DNA of 64,000 bases from Nocardioides sp. (GTDB taxonomy: Bacteria > Actinomycetota > Actinomycetes > Propionibacteriales > Nocardioidaceae): positions 2,899 through 66,898 of the forward strand of contig JBKJUE010000047.1 of NCBI GenBank assembly GCA_046590395.1, written 5' to 3'. The position numbers and the translations under genes are program-made. Each line of letters opens with the position of its first letter. Within the stretch, counting starts at the first letter, position 1. Under the pieces are notes generated by a model. It was not told the origin of the DNA. It saw only the letters and a program-made list of their open reading frames with translations, and searched no databases. Positions 9,335-19,606 of the stretch are shown in pieces.

Positions 9335-12300
9335 CTAGAGCGTGGCCGCGGGTGGGGGGCCGGGGAGGTGGAGGGCGTCCAGCAGTCCGTCGACGACCCG
9401 TTCGGCGGCCCGGCCGTCCTGCCAGGGGTGGTACCGGGCGTTGAAGTCGGCCAGCGCGTCCGCCCACTCCACCCGCAGGGACGCGACGTCGCGCACCCGG
9501 TCGACGACGCCGCGGGTGTCGTCGACGAAGGGCCCCGGCGCGGACTCCTCGAACGGGAACAGGAAGCTGCGGGTGCCACCGTGGTAGTCGGTCAGGTCCG
9601 GCACGAGGAACACCATCGGCTTGCCGGTGAGCGCGAAGTCGAAGCGCAGCGACGAGTAGTCGAGGACCGCGACGTCCGCCGCGAGGATCAGGTCGTTGAC
9701 CTCGGGGTACGCCGTCACGTCGACGACGTGGCCACCCACCGGCTCGGGCGCGTGGAACCGGTGCCCGCGCAGGAGCAGCACGTGGCTGTCCCCCAGCGCC
9801 CGGGCAGCCCCCTCGACGTCGAGCAGGTCGGCCATCTCTGCACCGCGTGGCCGGGTCGCGAGGTGGTCACGCCAGGTCGGGGCGTAGAGCACGGCGGTCT
9901 GGTCGTCGCGGATGCCGAGCAGGGTGCGGGTGGCGGCGCGGGTCGCTTTCGAACCGGGGGCGGTCAGCGCGTCGTCGCGCGGGTAGCCGCGGTCGAACGC
10001 CGGCCCGTCGTAGCCGTACTGCTCGCGGTAGTGACGGGTCATCTCCGGCGTCGGCGTGAGGATCGCGCTCCAGGTGCCGATGCTGCGGGCCCGCATCATC
10101 GCCAGCCGGCTTGGCGGGAACTGCTTGGCCCGCCACTGGCCCTCCCCCATCCCCTTGGACGGGTAGCCGTGAAAGGTCTGGAGCACGAACTGCCCCGAAC
10201 GGCGCCGGAACCAGGGCTCGAAGTCGGTGTTGACGACCAGGCACCCGGCGCGGGCCAGCACGTCGAACCACTCCCGGCTGCGGAGCAGCACCGGCGTCGC
10301 CTCCTCGGGCACGGTCTGGCCGTGGTCGAGGATCCCCCAGTACGTCGTCAGGTCGGGCCGACGGGACCGCAGCTCCTCGTGGATCGCGAGTGGGCTGTCG
10401 GTCGCCGACCGGCCGGCGTACGACTCGAAGTAGACGACGGCGGGATCAACCGGCCGGTCGTCGACGAGATACGCCGCCACCAGCCGCTCCTGGGCGTAGG
10501 GCCCCTGCTCGTCGTCGGCGAGTGGGGGGCCGAGCCAGGCGACCAGGCCACCGAACGGCCCGAGGTGAGCACGAAGGCGGTGCCGGGCGCCGACCTCCTC
10601 CGCCGGCAGCCGACCGGCGAGGACGTCGGTGATGGTGGGGTTGCCACCCGGCGCGACGACGCGGTACCAGCCGGTGGGCAACCAGGTCACGACGCCGAAG
10701 GGCTCGTGGCGGAGGTCGAACCGGACCCGACCGGACCCGTCCTCGTCCGGGAGCGCCACCACCCGGTCGGCGTCGTCGACCAGGCGCAGCGACGACAGGG
10801 CGCCGCTTCCGTCGACCACCAGGTCGGTGCCGTCCAGCGCGACGCCGGCGACGGTGACGCTGCGGTCGGCGTCGGGAGCGCGGACCGCCGGGTCGACGAG
10901 GGCGACGGTGGCACTGCGGCGGTACGGCCCGGCCGTCAGCGTCAGCTCGAGCTCGTCGGCGCCGACCGGCACCCGCACGGTGGCGGCGACGGCCGCCTGG
11001 AACCGGGTCTGGGCCCACCGGGTCGCGGCTGGGTCGACGGAAGCCTCGACCGGGACCGCGGTGCCGTCGGGCAGGGCCGCGGTCAGCTCGGTCGGGACGG
11101 CGGCGAGGTCGAGGTGGACGACGCGGACGAACAGGTCGACCTCGCGGACGTCGTCGACGGTGCGCAGGCGGCGTACCTCGGTGACGACGGGGGTGTCGGC
11201 GACCGTGAGCGCGCGGACGTCGGGCGGCAGGTCGCGGGGCAGCGACGCCCACGCGGCGAGCAGCTCCTCCCCCTCGATCGTCGTGGCCAGCTCCGGGCCG
11301 AGGTCCAGGGACTCGGCGGCCAGGGCGGCGACGTCGTCGCGCCGGCCCTGCCCGGCCAGCCAGAGCAGGGTGCGGGACTCGGCGCGGACCCGGTCCGGCT
11401 CGGCACCCCCGGCGCGCGCCGGCGTGAGGGTCGCGAGCTCCCGCAGCGCCGACCACTCGGCATCGGTGGCGCGCTCGGCATCCTTGAGGAACCGCGGCAC
11501 CGCGATGTCGAGGACGTGGTCGAGCCAGCCGTCGACCAGGGGCGACTCTCCCAGTGCCTGCTCCACGACCTCTGCCCGCCGCTGCCACGCGGTCAGCTCG
11601 GGCAGCGAGCTGGGGAGGGCGCCGAAGGCCCGGTTGCCGTGATCGGCGAGGTACTCCGTCACCGGCACGTCGAGCACGTCGACGGTGGGGACGGCCAGGA
11701 GAAGCCGGGCGATCGTGGGCGACACCAGCCAGTCGTCGTCAGGGTCGAAGGCGAGCCCCGCCTCGCGCCAGGTGTCGGTCAGGACGAGCTTGTTGCCGAC
11801 GACGAGGTCGCCCGCGAGCTCGGGACGGTCCTCGACCTCGAGCCGGGCGCCGGGTCGCGCGTGTGCCGCCACCTGGGCCCGGCGCAGCCACTCGTCGGGC
11901 TGTCCGCGCTGCGCCACCAGGCCGGTCGCGAGTCCGGACCCGGACGCCGACAGGGCCGCGACCAGGTCCGGGAGGCCTCGGGGCGGCAGCGGGTCGCAGG
12001 CCCGCAGGAACATCAGCCAGCGGCCATGAGCAGCATCCGCACCGTGCGTCGCGGCGTCCTGCCAGGCGGTGGTCTCACCCAGCACCCGGGTGCGTGGGTC
12101 GCGGCGCTGCCGGACGGTACGCCGGGCGTGCGCGGCCGCTGCTGGTCCGACCGGGACCACCAGGACCTCGCGGTAGCCGTGGGTCTGCTCACCGATCGAC
12201 GCGAGGGTGTCGGGGAGCCGGGGGCCGTCGACGGCCTCGCAGACCACGACGAGGGTGACCAGGCCGTGCTCCGAACCACCGATGCCGAGCCGGGGACCGA

Positions 12301-12388
12301 GCCGCCGGACCGCCGCGCCGCGGACGCCGGCGGGAACGGCTCCCGCGCCGGCGCGCGCCGCCCGGCGGACGAGATCGCGGCCGGACAT
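9335..12388 (-). CDS. CDP-glycerol glycerophosphotransferase (TagF-like) with degenerate N-terminal GT2 domain
   Basis: QTFHGYPSK, GYPRDD, LYAPTWRD and DYSSLRFDF. The N-terminal GT2-like region lacks the DDG/DxD motifs. TACCCT -10-like hexamer lies 7 nt before the ATG. Confidence 0.85.
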   Translation of the reverse strand: MSGRDLVRRAARAGAGAVPAGVRGAAVRRLGPRLGIGGSEHGLVTLVVVCEAVDGPRLPDTLASIGEQTHGYREVLVVPVGPAAAAHARRTVRQRRDPRTRVLGETTAWQDAATHGADAAHGRWLMFLRACDPLPPRGLPDLVAALSASGSGLATGLVAQRGQPDEWLRRAQVAAHARPGARLEVEDRPELAGDLVVGNKLVLTDTWREAGLAFDPDDDWLVSPTIARLLLAVPTVDVLDVPVTEYLADHGNRAFGALPSSLPELTAWQRRAEVVEQALGESPLVDGWLDHVLDIAVPRFLKDAERATDAEWSALRELATLTPARAGGAEPDRVRAESRTLLWLAGQGRRDDVAALAAESLDLGPELATTIEGEELLAAWASLPRDLPPDVRALTVADTPVVTEVRRLRTVDDVREVDLFVRVVHLDLAAVPTELTAALPDGTAVPVEASVDPAATRWAQTRFQAAVAATVRVPVGADELELTLTAGPYRRSATVALVDPAVRAPDADRSVTVAGVALDGTDLVVDGSGALSSLRLVDDADRVVALPDEDGSGRVRFDLRHEPFGVVTWLPTGWYRVVAPGGNPTITDVLAGRLPAEEVGARHRLRAHLGPFGGLVAWLGPPLADDEQGPYAQERLVAAYLVDDRPVDPAVVYFESYAGRSATDSPLAIHEELRSRRPDLTTYWGILDHGQTVPEEATPVLLRSREWFDVLARAGCLVVNTDFEPWFRRRSGQFVLQTFHGYPSKGMGEGQWRAKQFPPSRLAMMRARSIGTWSAILTPTPEMTRHYREQYGYDGPAFDRGYPRDDALTAPGSKATRAATRTLLGIRDDQTAVLYAPTWRDHLATRPRGAEMADLLDVEGAARALGDSHVLLLRGHRFHAPEPVGGHVVDVTAYPEVNDLILAADVAVLDYSSLRFDFALTGKPMVFLVPDLTDYHGGTRSFLFPFEESAPGPFVDDTRGVVDRVRDVASLRVEWADALADFNARYHPWQDGRAAERVVDGLLDALHLPGPPPAATL

Positions 12389-12440
12389 GCCGATCAGGGT
12401 AGCGGCCGGGGCAGGGCCCCGGCCGCCTCCCGTGGGCGGG

Positions 12441-13391
12441 TCACTCCTCGATGAGGCCTTCCTCGACGAGGAAGTCGTGCGCCACGTCCGTCTCGTCCTC
12501 ACGATCGACGGCGACCCGACCGTTGAGCTCGGTGAGCTTCTCGGTGGTGAGCGCGGCCATCAGAGCGTTGAGGGTGTCCTCGATGTCCGGGTGGTCGGAG
12601 AGGAACGTGGTGCTGACCGCCGGCACGAGGTTCTGGGCGGGCTGGATCTGCTGGTCGTCCTCGAGCAGCACCAGGCCCTGGGACTCCAGGGTGCCGTCGG
12701 TGGTGCTGGTCAGGCCGAGCTGCGACTCACCGTTGATCACGGACTCGTAGGTCGCGGCGCTCGCGAAGCCCAGCGGCAGCACCTCGACGATGTCGATCCC
12801 GTAGACGTCACTAAGGCCGCCGCCACAGTCCGCACGGTCCTCGCAGTCGGGCGCCGCGGCCAGCGTGACCGACTTGCCCTCGAGGTCGGACAGCGTGGTG
12901 ACGCCCTCCGACTCGGAGTATTCCTGGGTGACGAAGAACGCGTTGGTGTCCGTCGCTGCCGAGGGCTCGAGGAGGGTGACACCCTTCTCCTGCAGCAGGT
13001 CCTCCGCGGCGCTGATGGACTCCGCTGCGTCCGAGGTCGTCAGCGGGTCGGCTTCGGCGCCGTTGGCCGTCGTGTTGAGGAAGTCGACCAGGCCGCCGAC
13101 GTACTCCGGAGCAATGTCCACGTCGTCGGGGAAGACCTTCATGTAGACGTCGCGGGTGTCCACCAGCTCGATCGAGGTGTTGTAGCCCGCGTCGGTGAGC
13201 AGCTCGTCGTACATCGCGGCGACGAGCACGGCCTCCGGGAAGGCCTGGCCCGAGATGCGAACCTCCCCGCCGGCCGTCACGGCCTGCTCGTCACTGCTGA
13301 AGTCCTCCTCGAGGTCGTCGCCGGCGCAGCCGGTCGCGAGCAGGAGGAGACCGGTGGTTGCCACCCCGGCAAGAGTTCGTCGTACCTGCAT
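12441..13391 (-). CDS. Osmoprotectant (glycine betaine/choline) ABC transporter substrate-binding lipoprotein
   Basis: Lipobox LATGC; OsmF/OpuBC-like motifs (PEYVG, LEDD...PAQNLVP). Confidence 0.85.
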   Translation of the reverse strand: MQVRRTLAGVATTGLLLLATGCAGDDLEEDFSSDEQAVTAGGEVRISGQAFPEAVLVAAMYDELLTDAGYNTSIELVDTRDVYMKVFPDDVDIAPEYVGGLVDFLNTTANGAEADPLTTSDAAESISAAEDLLQEKGVTLLEPSAATDTNAFFVTQEYSESEGVTTLSDLEGKSVTLAAAPDCEDRADCGGGLSDVYGIDIVEVLPLGFASAATYESVINGESQLGLTSTTDGTLESQGLVLLEDDQQIQPAQNLVPAVSTTFLSDHPDIEDTLNALMAALTTEKLTELNGRVAVDREDETDVAHDFLVEEGLIEE

Positions 13392-13458
13392 GTACATCAC
13401 CTTCTGTGTCCCGCGACGTTTCGGCCGCGCGTGTCCGGATGTAGCCGAGCGCCCATCA

Positions 13459-14190
13459 TCACCTGACGGGCTCTCCCGAGCGAACAGGTTCTCGGCCCGC
13501 GACATTCCGCGGCGTCGGGTCGAGCGCCCTCTGGGCCAGCGCAGCGACGATCTCGAGCACGAGGGCGACCAGCGCCACGACGATGGCACCGGCGATGCCC
13601 TGCGGGTAGTTGGAACGGTAGAAACCGTCGGTGATCACCCGGCCGAGACCGGGCCCGGCGACGAGGGCGGCGATGGTGGCGGTCGCCCAGACCTGCACCA
13701 GGGCCAGGCGTACGCCGGACATGATCAGCGGCATCCCGAGCGGGAGCTCGACCCGGAAGAACTTCTGCCGCCCGGTCATGCCCATCCCGTCGGCCGACTC
13801 CTTGACGTCGTCGGGGACCTCGCGGATCGCGACGTAGGCGTTGGTGATGATCGGCGGCAGCGCGAACAGGGTGAGCGCGATCAGGGTCGCGAGGCCCGCA
13901 CGGCCGTAGGGCCCGAACGAGGCGGTGCCCGGCCAGTCCGCGGTGACGAGGAGCGCGAGCAGCGCGAAGGTCGGGACCGCCCGGCCGATGTTGGAGATGT
14001 TGATCGCCAGGAACCCGCCGCGGCCCAGGTGACCGAGCCAGAGCGCGATCGGCAGGCCGATGAGGACGGCGAGGAGGAGCGCGGTACCGCCGACCAGCAG
14101 TTGCTCGACCAGCCGCGCGAGCAGCCCGCCCCGGCCCTGCCAGTTCTCGGCGTCGAGCAGGTAGTCCCAGGTGTCGGCGAAGATGTTCAT
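13459..14190 (-). CDS. Osmoprotectant ABC transporter permease
   Basis: EAA-type loop ESADGMGMT, VELPLGMP, GLGRVITDG. Confidence 0.88.
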   Translation of the reverse strand: MNIFADTWDYLLDAENWQGRGGLLARLVEQLLVGGTALLLAVLIGLPIALWLGHLGRGGFLAINISNIGRAVPTFALLALLVTADWPGTASFGPYGRAGLATLIALTLFALPPIITNAYVAIREVPDDVKESADGMGMTGRQKFFRVELPLGMPLIMSGVRLALVQVWATATIAALVAGPGLGRVITDGFYRSNYPQGIAGAIVVALVALVLEIVAALAQRALDPTPRNVAGREPVRSGEPVR

Positions 14191-14894
14191 GCCGTGGCCG
14201 TCCGGGTCCAGGGCGTCAACAACCGTTGCGCGAGCACCAGGAGCACGTCGAGCACGACCGCCATTGCGACGCACAGCACGGACGCGGTGAAGAGCTCGGC
14301 CCGGAAGTTGGTGTCGACGCCCTCCTTGATCAGGTTGCCGAGGCCGCCGTAGGAGACCAGGGTCCCGACCGTGGTGAGCGCGACCGTCGAGACGGTGGCG
14401 ACCCGGAGCCCGGCCATCATGACGGGCAGCGCGAGCGGCAGCTCGATCCGGAACAGGAGGCGGGCGTTGCCGTAACCGAGCCCGGTCGCGGACTCCTTCA
14501 CGTCGTCCGGCACCGACCGGAGGCCCTCGAGCATCGCCCGGACCAGGATCGTCAGGGCGTAGAGCGCCAGCCCGATCACGACCGTCGTGAGGCTGAGCCC
14601 CGTGAACGGCACCAGCAGCGGGAACAGGGCCAGCGACGGGATCGTGTAGATCCCAGTGCTGACCCCGAGGATGGCGGACTCGAGCCGCGGGAGGCGGCGC
14701 GCCAGCAGGGCGAGCGGGAAGGCGATGAGCACGCCCAGGGCCACCGAGGCGAGGGTGATCACGAGGTGCTCGGCGGTGGCGTCGACCAGGTCGGACTGGC
14801 GGTCGCGCACGTAGTCGAGGCAGAACCACTCGTTGGTGACGCGGCTGTAACAGCTCGGCTCGGCGGCGGCCTGCACCAGTAGGGTCACGGGCAT
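14187..14894 (-). CDS. Osmoprotectant ABC transporter permease
   Basis: YTIPSLALF, ESATGLGY, IELPLALP, GGLG; start approximate. Confidence 0.85.
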   Translation of the reverse strand: MPVTLLVQAAAEPSCYSRVTNEWFCLDYVRDRQSDLVDATAEHLVITLASVALGVLIAFPLALLARRLPRLESAILGVSTGIYTIPSLALFPLLVPFTGLSLTTVVIGLALYALTILVRAMLEGLRSVPDDVKESATGLGYGNARLLFRIELPLALPVMMAGLRVATVSTVALTTVGTLVSYGGLGNLIKEGVDTNFRAELFTASVLCVAMAVVLDVLLVLAQRLLTPWTRTATA

Positions 14895-14918
14895 GGACGT
14901 TACCGCGGGGGGTGCCCA

Positions 14919-15890
14919 GTGCCGACGATGATCCGGCTCTCCGGGGTGGGCAAGACGTACGCCGACGGCACCGTCGCGGTGCACGAGATCGACCTCGACG
15001 TGGAGCGGGGCGAGCTGGTCTGCCTGGTGGGGCCGTCGGGCTGCGGGAAGTCGACCACGCTGAAGATGATCAACCGGCTGATCGAGCCGACCACCGGGAC
15101 GATCGAGATCGACGGCCAGGACGTCACCGGCCAGGACCCGGTCAGGCTCCGTCGGAGCATCGGCTACGTCATCCAGCAGGTGGGTCTGTTCCCGCACCAG
15201 AAGATCGAGACCAACGTGATGACGGTCCCGCTGCTCTACGGCGAGACGAAGGCGACCGCCCGGGAACGCGCCCACGAGCTGATGGAGCTGGTCGGCCTCG
15301 ACGTCGCGACGTACGCCGACCGCTACCCGCACCAGCTCTCCGGCGGCCAACGCCAGCGGGTGGGCGTGGCCCGGGCGCTCGCGGCGGACCCGCCGGTGCT
15401 GCTGATGGACGAGCCGTTCGGCGCCGTCGACCCGGTGGTGCGGGTCCGGCTGCAGGACGAGTTCCTGCGACTGCAGCGCGAGCTCGGCAAGACCGTGGTG
15501 CTGGTGACCCACGACATCGACGAGGCGGTCCGGATGGGTGACCGGGTGGCGGTGTTCGCGACGGGCGGCCACCTGGCGCAGTACGCCACCCCGGCGGAGC
15601 TGCTCGGCCGGCCGGCGGACGACTTCGTGGCCGACTTCGTGGGATCGACCCGCGGGCTGCGCCGGCTGACGGTCACTCCGATCGACCCCGACCACCTCGA
15701 GCCGCTCGACGGCGTCGCCACCGGCGACCTGGCCGCGGCGATCGACGTGGACTCCTCGCTGGAGGAGGCCCTCGCCGTCCTGCTCCGCGACGACCGGGCC
15801 GTGGTCGGCGTCAAGCGCGGCTCCCAGTTCCTCGGCGTGCTGACCCCCAACGGCATCCACCGCGCCCTGCGCGAGTCGCTGCGCGACTGA
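14919..15890 (+). CDS. Osmoprotectant ABC transporter ATP-binding protein (OpuCA/ProV-like)
   Basis: GPSGCGKS, LSGGQRQR, LLMDEPF and VTHD; divergent from the permeases. Confidence 0.92.
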   Translation: MPTMIRLSGVGKTYADGTVAVHEIDLDVERGELVCLVGPSGCGKSTTLKMINRLIEPTTGTIEIDGQDVTGQDPVRLRRSIGYVIQQVGLFPHQKIETNVMTVPLLYGETKATARERAHELMELVGLDVATYADRYPHQLSGGQRQRVGVARALAADPPVLLMDEPFGAVDPVVRVRLQDEFLRLQRELGKTVVLVTHDIDEAVRMGDRVAVFATGGHLAQYATPAELLGRPADDFVADFVGSTRGLRRLTVTPIDPDHLEPLDGVATGDLAAAIDVDSSLEEALAVLLRDDRAVVGVKRGSQFLGVLTPNGIHRALRESLRD

Positions 15891-15900
15891 GCGCGTTTCG

Positions 15901-16989
15901 TCAGTCCAGGTTGACTGTCACGTCCCGGTGCCAGGACTCGGTGACGTACTTCGTCGTCCAGCCCATGGAGGTGTAGAGGCCGTCCGCACCCGTCGGTGAG
16001 TCGGCGTCGACCTCGAGGCCGACGCGGTCCCGCCCGCGGGCGGCTGCGTCGGCGATGATCGTGTTCAGCAATCCCTTGGCGACGCCGCGTCCCCGCGCCG
16101 AGGAGAGGACACCCAGGTAGGAGACGTACGAGCCGTCCGGTCCGCTGCTGCTCTCGGAGACAGTGCCGACGAGGGCGCCGGCGGGCTCGGGGGTGTCGCC
16201 GTCGACCAGCTCCGCGAGCCACCAGTGGTCCCAGCGGTGCCCGGGGTCCTCGCGCAGCCGGTGCACGAACTCCTCGAAGGTCTCCTCGGCGGAGTTGAAG
16301 TGGTCGGTGAAGGCGCTCTCCAGGATGTCGTGGACGGCCCGCAGGTCGTCCTCCTCGGGCATCCCGTCGCCCTCCCGGCGTACGTGCCGGATGACCACGC
16401 CCTCGGACTCCCACCGCTCGGGGGACTCCACGAGGTCGGCCTCGTCGGCCGTGACCGGCCGGGTCATCTGCCACCAGGTGCGGACCTTCTCGAACCCGGC
16501 CGCCTCGAGCCACGTGTGCTGGCGGTCGTCGTCGGCGAAGGCGCCGGTGTCGATCTGCTGGACGTCGAGCCCGCGGGCCGCGCCGACCTCGCGTGCCTGT
16601 CCCTCGGCCCAGGCGAAGAGCACGTCGGAGCAGGCCAGGGCGACGCCGTCGTCGACGGTCCGGTCGACGATGTGCACGTAGAGCATGCGGCCGGGCGCCC
16701 GGTCGTGGACGCTGCCCCAGGCCCGGATCTCGCCGTCGGGGTCGCGGAGCACGACGTTCTCACGCATCCGCAGACCCTGCTCGGACACCTCGACGAGGAC
16801 GTCGTCGACGGAGGCCGCCGCCCACCCGCGGCCGTTCCGCTCGTGAGCACGCAGCAGGTAGGTCAGCCTGGCCACGTCGAAGCGGTCGGACGGGTCGGGG
16901 GTGCCCACGACCCAGCCGGCGGGGAGCGGGTGCTCGTCGGGGAGGACCTCGTCGGGGTCGCTCTCGAACCGACTGTCTTCAGGGATCAC
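15901..16989 (-). CDS. Tandem GNAT N-acetyltransferase
   Basis: C-terminal LGVLSSARGRGVA and GADGLYTSMGW acetyl-CoA motifs. Confidence 0.8.
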   Translation of the reverse strand: MIPEDSRFESDPDEVLPDEHPLPAGWVVGTPDPSDRFDVARLTYLLRAHERNGRGWAAASVDDVLVEVSEQGLRMRENVVLRDPDGEIRAWGSVHDRAPGRMLYVHIVDRTVDDGVALACSDVLFAWAEGQAREVGAARGLDVQQIDTGAFADDDRQHTWLEAAGFEKVRTWWQMTRPVTADEADLVESPERWESEGVVIRHVRREGDGMPEEDDLRAVHDILESAFTDHFNSAEETFEEFVHRLREDPGHRWDHWWLAELVDGDTPEPAGALVGTVSESSSGPDGSYVSYLGVLSSARGRGVAKGLLNTIIADAAARGRDRVGLEVDADSPTGADGLYTSMGWTTKYVTESWHRDVTVNLD

Positions 16990-17023
16990 GGGCTGATTCT
17001 TGCGTACGCCGTCCGGGGACGGT

Positions 17024-19606
17024 TCAGGCAGGAGTCGCGCCGGTCCCGCGCAACCGCTCGGCGACGCGGTTCGCGTACCGGCGCCAGCGGTCGCTCTCGG
17101 GCACCAGGTCGTCCGCCCAGGGCTGGCCGCCGGCACCAAACCGGACGACGCCGGGATCCGTCAGCCGGTCGACCAGCGGGCTCAGGTTCCAGCGCGGCGC
17201 CAGTGGGAGCCGGTCGCCACCCGCGTAGGCATTGAGGGCCTCGCGGGCGTCCAGACCGAAGGTCCGGACCAGGGGCAGGACGTCCGCGGTGAACCGGTCC
17301 CGGCGCAGACGCGTGAGGTCCAGCACCAGCACGCCGGCTTCGACGGCCTCGAAGTCAAAGGCATGGCGTGCCGACAGGGTGCGCCGGAGCTCGGAGGCCA
17401 GGTCGGGAGAGAGGCGGTCGCCGGCGTCGCGCCACAGCTGGGCACCGGGCTGCCGGTCGGGGCGGGCCGCGAAAGGGCGCCCCTCGAGGTCGGTCCGGGC
17501 CAGCTCTCCGACGTCACCCTCGGTGACCGTGTCGACGTCGAGGTAGGTGACCCGGTCGAGGTGGTCCAGGAGCTCCGGGAGCAGCAGCCGGCTCGCGTCA
17601 CCGAGGTCGACGTCGGCGAGACGGAAGAAGGTCACCGGCAGGTCGGGGAAGGCCCGGGTCACGGTGTCGCAGAGGCCACCGTCGTCCGCACCGGTGATCA
17701 CCCAGAGCCGGACCGGCCCACGTGCGTTGGCCACGACGGACTCGAGGGCGGCCGGGAGCCGGTCGCCGTCACCGGCGTCCACCGTCATGGCGACGTCGGT
17801 GACCCCGCCCTCGTCGACGGAGTCGTGGGGACCGGACCGGTGCGCGGTCTCCCGCATCCGGCCGACGAGCAGCTCCAGGTCCGGCAGGTCCGCCCCCACG
17901 TCCGGGGGCCGTGCGAGACGGGCTCGTGACGCTGCGACGAAGGGCTCGGTGCGGTGTTGCCACCTCGCGTAGACCTCCTCCTGCGGGAGCCCCGCGAGGA
18001 TCCACTCGTGGACCTCGGCCAGGAGGTCACGGATGCCGTCGCGGATCGCGGAGAACTCGGGGGCGTCGGGCGTGAGGTCGAGCAGGCCGTCGAACCGGAC
18101 GTCACCGGGGATGGGCGGCCGGAACCGGGCCTGGATGCCGAGCGACGTGGCGGGCAAGTAGGCGTGCAGGCGGCTGGTCACGACGCGGCCGAAGCGCTGC
18201 TGGTAGCGGCCGAGCAGGGCGATCGCGGCGCGGGTCCCGATGGCGAGGGACGCCTCACGGAACTCGGTGCCGGCGTGCGTCACGACCTCTTTGTCGGCCT
18301 TGATCTTCCGGAGGGCGGCGGGCTTGAGGTCCACGGCTCCGACGACACGCTTGCCGTCGCGCGGCACGTCCTTCCGGAGCGGGAACACCGCGTCGACGGT
18401 CGTCGTGAGACAGCCGGTGAAGAACGCGTCCACCCCGGCGCTGAGGAGCAGGTCGACGGTCGTCCAGTCCCGGCAGCCGATCGGTCCCCTCTCCCGGAGG
18501 TACTGGACGGTCGCGGGAGAGAGGGCGCGCACCCGGTTGAGGTGGAAGGAGACGAAGACAGGGTTCAGGTTCGGGTGGTACGGCAGGCCGAACCCCAGCC
18601 GGAAGGTCGAGTGCAGGTGCCAGCCGAAGGCGATCATCCAGGTCCCCTCGGGGACCTGGTCACCGCCGCTGAAGTCCCTGCTGATCGGCATGAGGTGTAC
18701 GTCGGCCGCGCCGCCGGGCAGGCGCAGCTCGGGTCGCACGCGGTCGCGGAGCTCGTCGAGCAGCTCGGCTACCCCGTCCTCACCGTGGAACCGGGTCTCC
18801 GCGAAGCGCGCCAGGTTGCCCAGCATGGCCAGGGTCTGCACGTAGTCGCCGACGTTGTTCGAGGCCCGGTGGTGGTCAGGCTGGTGGTAGTCCATGACCC
18901 CCAACGAGACCTGGCCGGGACCCGGCCCGGCGACGGGGCGCGGGTGGGTCCAGCGGTGCAGCGAGTCCAGGGCACGGCGGTCGGCGTCGTCCAGGTCGGT
19001 CCGCTCCCCGGCGGCGACGGCGAGGTCACGGGCGAGGTCGTGGTGACCGGTCACCAGGAACCGGCCGGCCAGCTCGACGAGGGTGGACGACCCGAGTCTG
19101 CCGCTGTCACCCGCCATCTCCCGGGCGGCGGCCACCGACTCCGGCGTACCTGCCGACAGCGCGCAGGTGACGGCCTGGACGGGGACGAGCTCAGCGAGCC
19201 GGCTGCTCGGCGCCGACGCCAGCTCCTGCCAGGCCAGGTCGTACTCCGCCATCGAGTGCAGGACGAGGCCGCGGCCGACCGCGGAGATGACCGGGTCGGC
19301 CAGCACGGGCTCGACACCATCGATGAAGGCGCGCGCGGCGGGCCTCAGTCCCGCGTCGCAGAGCGCGTCGACGGTCGCCACATGGGCCTGCCCGGCACGC
19401 TCGCCGCGCGCGAGCGCCTCGGCGAACGTGGACATCCCGCGCGCCAGCCTGGCCGCGGACACCGCCTCGTTGACGACCTGCGGCTCCGGCTCGAACCCCG
19501 CCGGTGACTCCGGCACGGCGTCGCGACCCAGGACCCCCTGGAGGACGCGCCACTGCACACGTGCCGACCGGTCCAGCTGACGCTGGTGCTCCTGCCGGTC
19601 AGCCAT
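17024..19606 (-). CDS. Polysaccharide pyruvyltransferase-like + GT8 glycosyltransferase fusion
   Basis: NVGDYVQ, GCRDWTT and TSRLH (pyruvyltransferase-like); C-terminal RLLLPELL..RVTYLDVD..AGVLVLDL (GT8). Confidence 0.7.
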   Translation of the reverse strand: MADRQEHQRQLDRSARVQWRVLQGVLGRDAVPESPAGFEPEPQVVNEAVSAARLARGMSTFAEALARGERAGQAHVATVDALCDAGLRPAARAFIDGVEPVLADPVISAVGRGLVLHSMAEYDLAWQELASAPSSRLAELVPVQAVTCALSAGTPESVAAAREMAGDSGRLGSSTLVELAGRFLVTGHHDLARDLAVAAGERTDLDDADRRALDSLHRWTHPRPVAGPGPGQVSLGVMDYHQPDHHRASNNVGDYVQTLAMLGNLARFAETRFHGEDGVAELLDELRDRVRPELRLPGGAADVHLMPISRDFSGGDQVPEGTWMIAFGWHLHSTFRLGFGLPYHPNLNPVFVSFHLNRVRALSPATVQYLRERGPIGCRDWTTVDLLLSAGVDAFFTGCLTTTVDAVFPLRKDVPRDGKRVVGAVDLKPAALRKIKADKEVVTHAGTEFREASLAIGTRAAIALLGRYQQRFGRVVTSRLHAYLPATSLGIQARFRPPIPGDVRFDGLLDLTPDAPEFSAIRDGIRDLLAEVHEWILAGLPQEEVYARWQHRTEPFVAASRARLARPPDVGADLPDLELLVGRMRETAHRSGPHDSVDEGGVTDVAMTVDAGDGDRLPAALESVVANARGPVRLWVITGADDGGLCDTVTRAFPDLPVTFFRLADVDLGDASRLLLPELLDHLDRVTYLDVDTVTEGDVGELARTDLEGRPFAARPDRQPGAQLWRDAGDRLSPDLASELRRTLSARHAFDFEAVEAGVLVLDLTRLRRDRFTADVLPLVRTFGLDAREALNAYAGGDRLPLAPRWNLSPLVDRLTDPGVVRFGAGGQPWADDLVPESDRWRRYANRVAERLRGTGATPA

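Noticed and set aside
5579-12454. 2291-aa + strand ORF and the many other long overlapping ORFs (e.g. 1537-3588, 44189-46381, 50357-52987)
   Set aside because: They are antisense or alternate-frame shadows of well-supported genes, expected at this GC content, and show no recognisable motifs.
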